DNA of 64,000 nt from Marsupella aquatica (lineage: Eukaryota > Plantae > Marchantiophyta). The notes below the pieces were generated by a model that saw only the letters and a list, made by a program, of their open reading frames with translations, did not search any database and had not been told where the DNA came from. A program made the translations under genes and the position numbers. The DNA lies in NCBI GenBank assembly GCA_973895155.1, contig OZ316892.1, forward strand, positions 20,471,869-20,535,868, written 5' to 3'. Shown piece by piece: positions 52,053 through 64,000 of the stretch; position 1 is the first letter of the stretch; each line of letters opens with the position of its first letter.

Positions 52053-52751
52053 CCTGGGCCCTCACTCCTAGAATATATTATACATACATACCTGTGAGCC
52101 TCCCTTCCCCTATATCTCTACTTATTTTTTTTTTCTCATATTGAGATTAACCTTGTTTTTTTGTAAAAACTACATTTTTGTTATTTTTCATGTGTCTTGA
52201 GTATGTTATAAAAAATGGTTTTGGGCTATAATATTTACCCTTCATAGATTACAAATTTTAGTGCATTCAAAAGGATTTAAGGATGGAGAAACATAATGTA
52301 AACTGTGGTGATAACTACTTACATTAAAAGCTAATCTATTGTATTCTACCCACACCCCTAAAACCCTCTACTAGCCTCCGCCCGGCCCCAACCCCCAATA
52401 ACCAAGCCTTTTGGCTAGGATACGCATTTGGGCTAAACCTTGAGCTTTATATACAGTTTGATATATGCAAACATATGTGGACAAAACACATGTGTGGACA
52501 CATGTACCAATTAAGAATGGACATGTGTACCACTAATGTAATGTTGTGTGTTGTTACCTATTGATCCCCCCTTCCATAGAAATAAAAATGAGAACATTTA
52601 AAAGGGTCTTGCCAAATTAGAAGAAGGTTCAAGAATATATGTGGAGGTTACTTACTTGTAAAGTAATTCTAAAAATTATTGTGGGATGGATAAAATTGAC
52701 CCTGGAATGGTTCTCACATCCTCCCGTATTAGAAAGGAGTGGGGGCCTAGG
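52053..52751. mobile_element. ~700-bp TIR element inserted in the copia RT
   Basis: TIR cctgggccctcactcct / aggagtgggggcctagg; degenerate 9-bp TSD atctggtcc / gtttggtcc. Removing it restores WDLVP-LPKGRKAI. Confidence 0.75.
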
Positions 52752-55700
52752 GTTTGGTCCCACTTCCTAAAGGTAGAAAAGGCAATCTCAGCCAAGTGGG
52801 TATAGAGGGCCAAGCCTGAATTTAATCCAACTCATCAATGCCTCAAAGCTTGACTTGTCGCCCGCAGATTTGAATAGCGCTACGACATCAACTTTGAGGA
52901 TACATTTTCTCTAGTAATTAAATGGGCCACACTCCGTCTGGTCATTACGCTTGTTGCAGCTCTAGGTTGGGAATCGCATCACATGGATGGAGTTCACAAC
53001 ATTCCTCAACGGGAAACTCAAGGAACTAAACTACATCATGCTGTGTCATCGTGTCATCTGGTTTTGCAAAACCAGGGTCAGAACACTTGGTTTGCAAACT
53101 CAATCGTTGCCTTTACAGCCTCAAACAATCACCTCAAGCGTGGTATGAGGAGGTGGATGCTTTTCTATGCAGTAATGGCTGGACCCGCAGTGCAGCTGAC
53201 CACAATCTCTATTTCATCAATGACAATTGTAGCATCGTCTTGCTACTTCTATTTGTCAATGACCTGCTCCTGACAGGCAATGATCCTGCAAAAATCAGTG
53301 AAGTCAAGACGCAGCTCAGCAGCAAATATCGAGGCAAATATCAGATGAAAGATCGTGGTTGTGTCCAACGATACCTTAGGATTGAATTCCAAAACACTCC
53401 GACCCGCTGACATTTTCATTCATCAAACATCATTCTACTGCCAAAAACTATTGGCAATTTTTGAGTTGCAAGATTGCAAACCCGCTGCAGTTCCTCTCTT
53501 GGAGGGTATTTTTCTCACTTTTGACACATCTACCCCTGATGTAGATGTTACTCACTATTGTCAAGTTCTATTGTCAAGCTGTTGGTAAGCTTGAACACTA
53601 GGCCTGACCTTGCTTATTCTGTTGGGATCCTCAATCGTTTTATGGTCTTGCCCTCAGCAATGGCACCTTGATGTTGCCCATCATGTCCTTAGATATGTAA
53701 AGGCCACCACTGTCTACAGGCTCTTTTTCCCACGTTCTCAGTCACTCACAATTGTTGGCTACACAGACTCTGACCATGCAGCTTGTAAAGAAACTCGTCG
53801 CTCCATTGGGGTCTACCTGTTTCAATTTGCCGGTGGAACTATCACCTAGTCCAGCAAGCGCCAGGCTACTGTCTCCCATAGCACAATTGAAGCAGAGTAT
53901 AGGGCACCATCAGAAGGGGCATGCAAGGGGGTGACATTCCTACATTGGCTTATTGCAAAACTTACTTTTATCCTTGCATTGCAAGTGGCACTTCATTGCC
54001 CTCAACCTGAAGTTGAACTGTCTGATCTGTCTGTAGCACAATCACCCACAACTCAAGACTTGCATCTCAATTTGCATTGCAACAATCAGGGCTCAATCAA
54101 TCTTGCCAAAAATCTTATCTTTCATGCTCATACTAAACACATTGAATTGCAGCATCACTACATTTGCGAACATCTGCTCGAAGGGGAGGTCTCTATCAAG
54201 TATGTTCCAACAACCAACAATCCAGCAGATATTCTCACAAAAGCACTTTCACGGTGGAAATTTGAGCAGCACAGGAACTTTATTGGCATGAGATCATTAG
54301 GGCGTCTCAAAGCTTGGCCTTAACAAGATAAGGCCCTCCCATACTCAAATATTATGGGAACTCCCGTAAAAGTTATGGGAGCTGATCTTCGGCTCCTATA
54401 AGGAAAGCCCGCGGGCTCAACACTTACCCCATAACTTTCCCACAACTTTAGGCGGAAATGTATCTGGAAATCCAAAAATCAAGGACTCTAGAACCCCAGA
54501 AAGCCCGACTGAAGGCACGTGGCATTGGCGGGGGCATTTTCTCCTGACGTGGTGATTGCTGCTACATTTGAGGCGGCAACTGGTCAAGAATTAAAGCAAT
54601 TTAAATGATATAATATGCTATGAGACAGGTGAGGCCGTAACCCCTGCCTTGTGGGGCGGGTCAATGTTACCTCCCTCCATTTTCTAAATTCTATAACTAG
54701 GTGACCCCATAACTTGAGTCCCCATAACTTGAGTTATGGGATATATCACAAATCCGTAACTTCTCTAATGACCTAGCTTTGAGAAGCCCTATTACAATGA
54801 AGACATTTTGCAATTGGCCAGCTTGCCATCTACATCTACTCAGCAATAGTAACATTTGTCTCTATAAATCTCTAAGCAATACTCACATCGATATATCTCC
54901 TTTCCAGAGTCATCTAATCCTACTTGTTTATACTGGTGCCCCTTGAGCGCATGCTCTTCTGCCTTCCTCAATCCACTCTGTAAATTTCGTTCCACTTTGA
55001 CCCTAGTCTTAAAAGACTTGTATACCTGACCACTATAACCTCAAACCTGAGGCTTACAATCTTCCCATGACTCGTACATGCCAGGTACAAATACTCTCAT
55101 CATGTCATAGTATTTCTTTCGGGTGGTTGGATATGTAAAATATCATGATATTGGCACCAATGCTTGTCGTGGTCCTTTCACACGCTGTATTGCTCCATAA
55201 GGGGTATTTGCCTCCCTTCCCTTGACTTGCGATTCGCCTTCCTTCACCACCAAGTTTGCAGAGGAGCTTGTTGCGCAATCCATTACCATCGGTTCTCTCT
55301 GAAGTTCTCCACCCTTAGGAACATGCTCATTCGTGTGGACGGACCGGAGATTGTTGCTATCGACTACCACTGTCTCCTCTTTCATTGGTGGATTCATACA
55401 TCTGTTCAATCTACGAAGGCAAACTTTTGAACAGTTCATGGAGGCACCCAGCAAGCTTGCTTCCTACTCTCAATATCGACATTATGAGCAGAAAGAACAT
55501 CCGCGCCAACAATCGTAACATTTCCATTGTGTTTCTCTCTCTCTCAACTTCGGATGAGAAGGGGTATTAGGATCCAGCATCCGATGTTGCAATACTTCTC
55601 TCTTGTGTCTGCCACTAGTCGCTTTGTCGTTATTCTACTGAGATATAGGAACGTTAGATTTAGGGCTAATGCCAATTTACGGGTTAGAGTAGGACTCATC

Positions 55701-57961
55701 CCCGACTATTCCACTGGGATGTTCTCGGCCACAATAGATTCGAGGCCTGACTCTATTCGATTCTGCATCATTCAGTAAAGCAACAACATTGTTTTCATTT
55801 TCTACGCATATTTGTGCTTGTCTTCATATTTACCCATTGACCCTGTGCTTTGTTGTCTGAGAACCGTCTGTTAAGTAATTTCTTGTTTTGTAATATTTTT
55901 GTTTTCCTTGGGAGACTTTTGTTTTCCTCCTTCTTTTCTCCTTAATAGTGCATATGCTACTTATCTTTAATCTGACTGAGTACTTATCTGTGTTTGCTTG
56001 TTCCGAGATCTCCATTTGATGATGGAGTCGATGACGTCTCTCCCCAATTGCTCCACCTTCGTTCGCTCTACCTTCGGTCGTTTTCCACGCTAGTTCAAAT
56101 CGCTCGATCGCCTTCGCTAGAAAGTTTCGCAGGCTTGATTCTCACTTCTTATGACGTCAGATTCGATTGCTCCTTCTTCACACCGACTTCACTGGTGCTC
56201 GCTCTCCCATTGCTCGCTAAGCCATGTCCAGCCGTCCAAGCTCGCTCCCCCTTTGGTGCTCCCCCATTGCTTTGTCCGCCATCGCTCGTTCATCCCCCTT
56301 CTCTAGAATGTGTATTTTTCTGCTTGGCTCCTTTTTATAAATTGACTTTTTCTTCTTGAAATTTTTAATACCATGACTTTGAGAACCCAATGGAAATTTC
56401 GAAGAAGGAACGTCCCATGCAACGATGTGTCGCTAAATTCAACGACCTGGATTCCGGCCATGTGGGAATTGAGCACCGCGGGGAGCAGCAACGAGAATTA
56501 AAACAATGTTTCGGAGTCTATAAAGAGCTTGAACTCCTGAGTACTCGTATAAGTATGGAGCAGTATCTGCCTTCTCGAAGTGGTGTTGGGAGCCTACCTC
56601 AGACACTGACTTGGAGCAAGCAAGCAATGGTCTATGGGCGTGACCTTCATCTGAACTGTAGTATTATTGCAATCTGAGTCTCCTAGTTTCGCCCCGACCG
56701 AGTGAATTTGTCTGCGTTTCCTCTCCACATTGCTAGCACGAAATCGAATCAATGGTCTCTGTGGCCCGACCCATATTGTCAATCCCGCCAGCTGAGATCA
56801 GTTCAACGACGTTAGAGTAAACGAGCCTTGTTGGACTTCGCTGCATTAATAGGTAAGCTGTTAGGCTTGGCTTGGTTTGTCAGCGGGAGATCAGCTTGGT
56901 CCACTTAGCTTAGAGACTGGTGCTGTGCTTTTCTCTTGATTCAGTGTGTACACGTTCTTGGACTTGATCGACGAGCCTAGTTTTCAATTGACTTGGAAAG
57001 GAGTTGTATCCGTTGATTTTCCTCGTGCATTTCTACTCCTCTAGCTCTTGACTAAAAGAAGGCTACTCTAGAATAATGTGAGTGTCTGAGATCTTTGACC
57101 GCATTGTGTCGCTGCACCTATTTCGAGTTAAGACAACAAATTGATGTTTTCTGTGAAACTCGTCGGTGAGAATCTTCCAATCACTCGGAGCCTCATGAGC
57201 GTGATAACGAAAAACTCGCCATCGAGAGAGCCAGCGCGCGCAGTAAAAACTCGTGCTACCTTAAAGTTTAATCTAGCCGTTTGCGTGAGTACTACATACG
57301 AGATTTGTTCCATACAGCGCTCCTCTCCCTCTCCACACTAATAAATTCACTGCGGGAACTACTTCTCTAAGTGTCTCTATTTAGCTGTTACCTCGCCGGC
57401 CACGGCTTCTATTTGGACACTAACGTACTACGGGTGGCTAGACAGAGTATTTGCCTTGTCAGGAGACTGATTCCGTTGTTTGCAGATGAGAAGGGTTTCT
57501 GACTGATTTAAGAAGAGAGTGCTGGGATCGTCTTGAGGAAAGAGTATCGTCTCTCACGGTAATTTCAAAAACCTGAGTCTACTAGCATGAGAACTTATTG
57601 TTAGTACTCCTGTTCGATGTTCAGACTGCCATTGAGGCCAGCCAGTTGTCTTTCACTGGAAGACCGGCTCATTGAATTGTGATTTAATTTTTAGTGGTCT
57701 GGGAAGGTACCCGACCCGACCCTATTGCTTCAAGATTCTGACAATGCTTAGTCCGGTAGAGTCTTGCTTGCCTGTCAGTTAGCTGCGTTCGAGTTGCAAC
57801 AATTTCTTTGCCATAGTGGCAAAAGCAGCTGCCAAATTTAGTCCTTCTTGTTCCAAATATTAGCAAACTTTTCTTGTCCAAGAGTTTTTAAGTTCTGCAC
57901 TAATAGTTTTATTTCTACCAATCAGAACTCAGACGTAGAAAGCTAAGCGGAACTAGCTATA

Positions 57962-59014
57962 ATGTCGACTCCAGCATCCTCACCACCCGCTCAAACATTC
58001 ACGCCAACTGCGCCTGTTACCACCCCAGCATCACCACCTTCGTCAGGGATCTTGTCATCTGACTTGTTCCTACCCGCAATCGGCTTATATCCATTCCTTC
58101 CATGTCTGGTTGGAGTTCTTACGTTGGCATCATATCTGCTCATATTGCTGCTTATGCGATGTTGGCACAAGAAGCGGTCCAAAACGGAACCCTCGAAAGA
58201 GACACTTCTTCACAAGCATCTGGGTAACGTCTTGAAGGGGATCGAAGGTGATACTGTGGATCTTTCACCAGATGAAGACGGTACCGAGACACAGGGGAAA
58301 CTCCACGATCTTTCCCGTACGCTTTCTGCCATTCTTGCAAGTGAGAGACCAATGATATCCTTCCTGATTCCACGTTGGACGTGGAGTACGAGGAAGTATG
58401 TTATGTCCCTCATTACGGCGAAGAAGCAACCTTCAAAAGTGGCAGACGAACAGTCATCCATTGATCAAGGTTCCGTGTTCTGCGTACCAGTATCAATCCC
58501 GTTCATTCGGAAGAGGATACAGAGATCGAGTTCGGACCCTCGTTTGGAAGGAGCTCAGTTGGCAGTTGTTTGCAAGGCGGTCCAAATAATGCAAGTAAAC
58601 CTGGAGGGCCGATGGAGGACGTCCTTCAGCATAATCAGGTTTACAGTTGCCAGTCTTCTGACAATCTACGCCTTCTGGTACACCAACGTCAACACGATAG
58701 AGTACCTTTCCGCTTACATCGCAGGAGAGCTGGTAAGCACCGTGTACAGTCAACCTTTCATCGATTGGCTGATTCCCAAACTCGATCAGCAGATCGGGAA
58801 TGTAGTGTTGATGCTCAAGCTGCATTTGGAGCATGAAGTATTATCTGGTGCATCGCGGGAAGAGCTTCCTTTGACGGACTGGGTGCGCAGCTATTTCAGA
58901 GGGTTTGACGAAGTAAAAGAACTTCTATGTATTCGCGATCAGGGAGTTAAGGCGACGAAGGGAGGTTTCCTTCGCTGGGCAAAAGAGAGTATAGCCGGTA
59001 TGTCCTTTCCTTAA
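57962..59014 (+). CDS. Uncharacterised membrane protein, paralogue 3 (350 aa, internally deleted)
   Basis: Near-identical to paralogue 2 apart from four in-frame deletions (44+9+11+15 = 79 aa); no stops. Confidence 0.72.
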   Translation: MSTPASSPPAQTFTPTAPVTTPASPPSSGILSSDLFLPAIGLYPFLPCLVGVLTLASYLLILLLMRCWHKKRSKTEPSKETLLHKHLGNVLKGIEGDTVDLSPDEDGTETQGKLHDLSRTLSAILASERPMISFLIPRWTWSTRKYVMSLITAKKQPSKVADEQSSIDQGSVFCVPVSIPFIRKRIQRSSSDPRLEGAQLAVVCKAVQIMQVNLEGRWRTSFSIIRFTVASLLTIYAFWYTNVNTIEYLSAYIAGELVSTVYSQPFIDWLIPKLDQQIGNVVLMLKLHLEHEVLSGASREELPLTDWVRSYFRGFDEVKELLCIRDQGVKATKGGFLRWAKESIAGMSFP

Positions 59015-60171
59015 TGGAGCCTCGCAATAATCAGAATGTAGCGAGTTTCTGAGTTCAGCGAGCTAGAGCTGTCCACTTTGGAAAAGTTGCTCTAGACTCA
59101 CCTTCCTAGATATATATCTTGTTGACTAAATGGATCACTTAGACACGATAGCAACCACCGCTGGAAGCTTTCGAACTTACGATATTGCACTCAAGTCTGC
59201 TGCACAATTGGCAGGCCGGAGGACCTTTTGTTTCTACCTAGCTAGTTAACCGTAGGGGCACAAGCAAGATATGTACATATATAGCCCATGTCGATTTGAC
59301 ATACTGATTAATATCGTCTGTCAATTGTGGAGGTCAATTAGACATGTCAATTGAGCAAGACGCCAATTGCCTTCACACTAGGCTTCAGTTCCAAAACCTG
59401 TAATTTATGTACGTGACATCTGATTGTTTATATGTATTATTTGTCTCACATGTATATCACATTCCCCCTGACTGGATAATCATTTAGACACTCCTCTTTT
59501 CAACAACTTTTTGTTCCGACTATTCCGCCCAGTTAGTAACCAGTTAGTGGAACCATGATCAGATCAAGAAGCATTCGTCAACATATTTTCTAAAGGGATT
59601 TAACGTTGCTGCTTGACAAAAAACAGGTGGAACATCTATTCATGTAAAACCAGCTTTTCTACCAGGGAGCCCAAATGAATGCCCCTGGATGCATAAATAC
59701 AAAAGAAGCCAGATCTTGGAGAGTGCTCCAGGTAGACTTCAATTTCTATTGATGTTCGCTCCCGCATGGTCATCTGTGGTTTATCATGCGTTACCATGTT
59801 TCAAGGACAGTGGACGGTTAATTAGCTGAAGAAATACGAAGAAACCCTTCTCAAAGGAGAACTCACAAATTCACTTCAAACTTGCTTTCATTAAATGACG
59901 CTATCCCAGCGCCTAATTACGATGAAATCACTTCTGATACCACTACCATTGCCCTTGCAAGATAGAACCAGATTTGATGACGGTGCAGAAAAAGTTTTAA
60001 ACCACACTTGATCCTTGGATCTCATTGTACACATTCACTTAAATGACATAATTTATAGATTGAATCACATTTTCAGGCTTTCTACTCACTGTCATCTGGG
60101 TGACCTTGGTGAGGAAGCTTAGCTGGACATCTACCTTTCAAAACCATCTACCTTTCAAAACATAGATATCA

Positions 60172-60491
60172 TGGCAACTGCCGGCTTCAGTCAGTTGGCC
60201 AGGGGATTAGGCTAGAACCAAGCAAGAGATCTCAAGTTCAATCCCCCCTTCACACACAGGCGGTGAGGGTATGTGTGTATGTTTGTGTGGATGTAGTGTC
60301 TGGTAAGAGTACTGGTCTCTTCTCTGCCTCTCTTTGCATGTGGTCCTGGTCCAACTTTCTCCTTCCTGGTACGGTCCCTGTTAGATTTCTAGGTAACTAT
60401 GGTCCCCCTTGTGGGTTACCCTACTCTAGTGAATATTCCAAAGTAGAATGTGTATCCTTGGATGGGTCTACTTTCAAGGCCCCAAACAAAC
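60172..60491 (+). mobile_element. tRNA-derived SINE, copy in duplicate B
   Basis: B-box-like aagttcaatcccccc; A-rich tail; 15-bp TSD aaaacatagat(a/g)tca at 60157-60171 and 60492-60506. Confidence 0.7.
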
Positions 60492-61973
60492 AAAACATAG
60501 ATGTCACTGCGATTTAAGTTCTCAAAAAACAAATTTATAATCTACATTTATAGATTTTCTTAAAATTAACAAACAATCCCTGTAGTATAGTTCACTATTG
60601 ATGGTGGGGACCAGGCAGGACAGCTGGGCAGCATAGGCACAGCTACGGGCAGTTGCAGGGCAGGTCATCTGCGATGTATTCAACTTCAATTAGTGACTCC
60701 CAATCTGTGAAGTACATTGGTTCCTTCACTGGCAGGGTTTTTGCAATCTGGAGATTGTGAGGTCAAAACGAGCTACCTTAGTTATTGTTTAGGGGTATGT
60801 AATGGAGACTGTGCTGTAATAAATACTTCAGTATTTTCAGCCGTAATTCTGAGGATGTCACTCCTCGCGCTCCTCACATCATTGTTTCATGGACCTCCAG
60901 AATGTTATTCCTCGTGCCCCTCACATCATGTAAAGTCACCTCCATGCAGCTAATGAACTTCGTTGAATAAATTATCAGAATGCACGGATTTGCAGGTGTT
61001 AGTAGTTTTTCCCATGGCCATGAACAATCGCAAGGCTATAGACTGTTACCCGTTCACCAGGCAGTGACAATCTCTCTATGACACTATCAAGTCTGCATAC
61101 TTATTTTTTAAGTAGAGTGCATGGATCAATTGATACAGGTGGTTAGATAGAGACAATTCGAGACTCGAGAGTGAATGCAATATACGCATGAAAGATTATG
61201 GATAAAATCATTCTAGCTACTGGCGAGTACAGATTGCGACTCTTCTTCTCTGCAAGAAACTAGCTGATGATGAGTGTGCCATAAAGGTAGGAATCAGGAC
61301 ACAAGGTGTACAGCACGGGACGTGCAGATTTACAGTACGTTAGCAATAATACCAAGAGCTAATAATAAATTGTACACCGGCAGTAGCGCTACAGTGCCTG
61401 GACGCCCTGGAGCTTGGGAACCTTGGTTCCTCTTATTCAACAAAGCACGTGACACAATAGCGAAACAGGGGAAGTGGTTTTCTGAGAGTACATCCTTTTC
61501 CCAGGTAATTAGAAAATGATGATTGAAGCGTTTTATCTCTAAACGCGAGGTGGGACAGTAATTTTTGGTGGTCCCTTGCGCCGTCTCGCTAGTCTGCTTA
61601 GCAGCCACTCACTGGATGACAATGGCCTTAGCAAAGGTGTTTAGTGCCGCATAAATACAGAGTGGCAGAACACGATCAATGAAAGACACTAGTTCTTGCG
61701 CGCAGGACGGAGATTATCGAATTATCAAAGCACATGTGGAAGAACGAGTTCGTGCATTGAGACTTGGAGATTAACCGGATTACCGAACCAGAATTAGGAC
61801 CAGTAGGGTCTCGCATGGCAAATTATCAAAGCTTATATAGGATTGATTAGCAGACCTCGTGATAAAACGCCACGTCCTGGGGAATAGACAAAGCGATGAC
61901 GGACAGAATGAATAGTGTGGGCAAGCGACGAAACCTCACGAGCCCAGAAATCCGGGTGCTCCCTTTTTAATTG

Positions 61974-62658
61974 TTTCCTTTAGCGCGGATACTACGCTCT
62001 CTTGGCAACTGTATTGGTTGCTCTTTCAGGACGAGGAGATTCAACAGTCCTTGTCCAACTGGAACTGCATTACACAAGTCTCCAAGTTTTCTACTCGGAA
62101 TGAACGCAAATGACGGCAGGGCCGTTAGTACTACCAGAACGGTGGGCCCAGGTTACTTTCGACGCATAGATGGATCGGCAGAGATGGAATCAAAACTATA
62201 CGGTACTTGTCGGACAGGTCCGCTCTGAGGCCCTGAGGAGGAGAATCTAGTTGCCAGAATACAGTTGCCAAGCGAGCGCAGTATCCGCGCTAAAGGAAAA
62301 AAATACCAAAAATGGAGTTGAATTCTAAGGAGAATTTATTGGTGCTCCTGAAGGAAGGGATTCCCGATACATGTTACAGAAAGGCATGGAGCTCGTCGAA
62401 AGTAACATGTCTTCTCTACCCAATCCTTTCGTGGGCTTTCGATTTTGTTTCCCAATTCAATATTTGGGACCTGGGTCCACCGTACTGGTAGTACTAACCG
62501 CCCTGCCGTCGTTTTCGTTCATTCCTAGTAGAAAACTTGTGTAATGCAGTTCAAGTTGGACAGGGACTGTGAATCCTCGTCCTGTAAGAGCAACAAATAC
62601 AAAAAGTGGAGTTTAATTCTCAGGAGAATTTATTGGTGCTCTTGGAAGAAGGGATTCC
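61974..62658. repeat. Compound inverted/direct repeat
   Basis: ~42-bp IR pair (61974-62015 / 62258-62299). 62394-62600 is an inverted, diverged copy of 62011-62164 (and of 35466-35680). 62301-62364 is directly repeated at 62595-62658. Confidence 0.85.
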
Positions 62659-64000
62659 ATTGTCTTTTGCCGTTATATATATATATGAGCCTTATGTTAG
62701 TGCTTTGCATTGTGCAAGGAGGGCAAGCCCATAGAGATTGGTGGGGGCATTATTGGACAGCAGGAAGCAAATAAGTGATAAGAATGTACATTTCTCTCAT
62801 CAATGGTGAGCAAAATTAAACTGCTAATCAAATTCAACTGCTGTAGAATCTTTCCCGCCCAGAAGCTTTTTTGTATGAAGACCAAAGACGAAAAAAGGCG
62901 GGATCCTTTCTTATAATTGTAGATATATATATATATACAAAGGAGGAATGGATTCCTTTGTCTTTTGGTAGTGTGATATATATATAATCCAAATGCCAGT
63001 TGGTAGTGTGATATATATATAATCCAAATGCCAGTCCAAATGGTGTTGAATTCCATCACCAAAATTCTTTTGAAGTACTATCACCGTTTACAGGATATTG
63101 AGGCACCCATGCTTAGGAATGTTCACTAATTTATATCCTTGGCAGCTGATCGGAAGTTTTCGTCAACGGGTTGGAAAATGCATAGAACCCCAATCAGTCT
63201 GCCAATTAGTCTCCTAATTTAGGGTGAAACAGCCTCACTTTGTAACTTGCAATTTTGTAAACTGAAGGCAATTCATGGTTGAGGCTTCTCGCAAACGTCC
63301 AAAGGGGGAACTACATAAGCGGCGTTTGTGTCAATCTGTCTCTCACATCTCTCCAGCGTATATGCCACACAGCAGTCCCGAGTAATCCCTTGTGGCATCT
63401 TGTAAACATTGCTCACTCTGACACAACTCTTTTTGAAGTGCTTTACTATCATTCATGAAGGGTAAGGAGAATCGCGCAATCATGCATCTTCCAAGTTAAT
63501 CACATGTGTTGGATTCTCTCCCACGAGCTACATTGGGAGCCTAGTTGCTGCGATTCCTCATAGTCCCCCAGCTTTGCCCTACTCTTGTTACCCTTGAGCA
63601 TAGTAGAGCACCTCCCAATATTGTGAACTATCCGGCCTTGGCATTTCCCCAACTTACCGTCCTTTGCTTTCATGCGTACTCGTCCAGGCCTCGTTATTGG
63701 GAATGTACTTTTGACGACGTTTCAAACTGCGAGTCTATTGTGTAAACCCAACAACAAGATCAGGAATCATGCAGCTGCCAGGTGATTTCGAACCCAGCTT
63801 CACGCGCTGTACTTCGATCCTGGGTGTTTCGTGACACTGGCTTGATTTTGGAATGATGCTTTGCCCGCCCCCTATCGATAAGTAGAGTGCTCTAATCCAA
63901 ATCATTGTCAGTTCGTCGAACTCATATACACCATAAACAAATACAACTGACTGTCGTGGCTCTCGGTTCTGCCATTAGTTTGGTTGCAACGGTTCCATTT

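Larger units (their letters stand above)
51500..54323 (+). mobile_element. Decayed Ty1/copia pol (RT-RNaseH), interrupted by two MITEs
   Basis: Fragments EAINDPRWSVAMADEFESLIKNETWDLVP|LPKGRKAISAKWV, LVCKLNRCLYSLKQSPQAW, LFVNDLL, GYTDSDHA, HAHTKHIELQHHY, NPADILTKAL, with many frameshifts and stops. The left boundary is approximate and no LTRs were confidently identified. Confidence 0.88.
56321..64000 (+). repeat. Segmental duplication, copy B (runs off the window end)
   Basis: Colinear with 29429-36727. Has ~780 bp extra (~62337-63120) and lacks ~180 bp present in A (~34900-35076). Confidence 0.95.

Noticed and set aside
54330-55520. Possible 3' LTR of the decayed copia and downstream short ORFs
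   Set aside because: No matching 5' LTR, clear TG..CA boundaries or TSD could be identified.

Overview
Eukaryotic land-plant genomic DNA, most likely a bryophyte such as a liverwort (inferred from the STELLO gene, GT-AG introns and TE repertoire; no database check was possible). Genes: (1) a six-exon gene (3499-10364) absent from the ORF track as a unit. All five introns are phase-consistent and give a 558-aa protein with two terminal TM helices around a Cys-rich, glycosylation-site-rich loop, with motifs reminiscent of DEG/ENaC/ASIC channels. (2) A three-exon STELLO (DUF288) glycosyltransferase-like gene (14549-17569). (3) Three paralogues of an unrecognised membrane-protein gene with an intronless CDS (20632, 31046, 57962). 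The last two lie in a ~7.3-kb segmental duplication, and copy 3 carries four deletions that are all in frame. Between the duplicated blocks is a TE nest: a non-autonomous Helitron (37935-47456) hosting a young Ty1/copia element (near-identical LTRs, ATCAG TSD, four in-frame stops) and a 5'-truncated L1 (18-bp TSD), then a CRE-like RLE retrotransposon fragment and a decayed copia interrupted by MITEs. Also present are a tRNA-like SINE (in both duplicates), several TIR MITEs and an inverted-repeat-bounded segment that occurs in both orientations.
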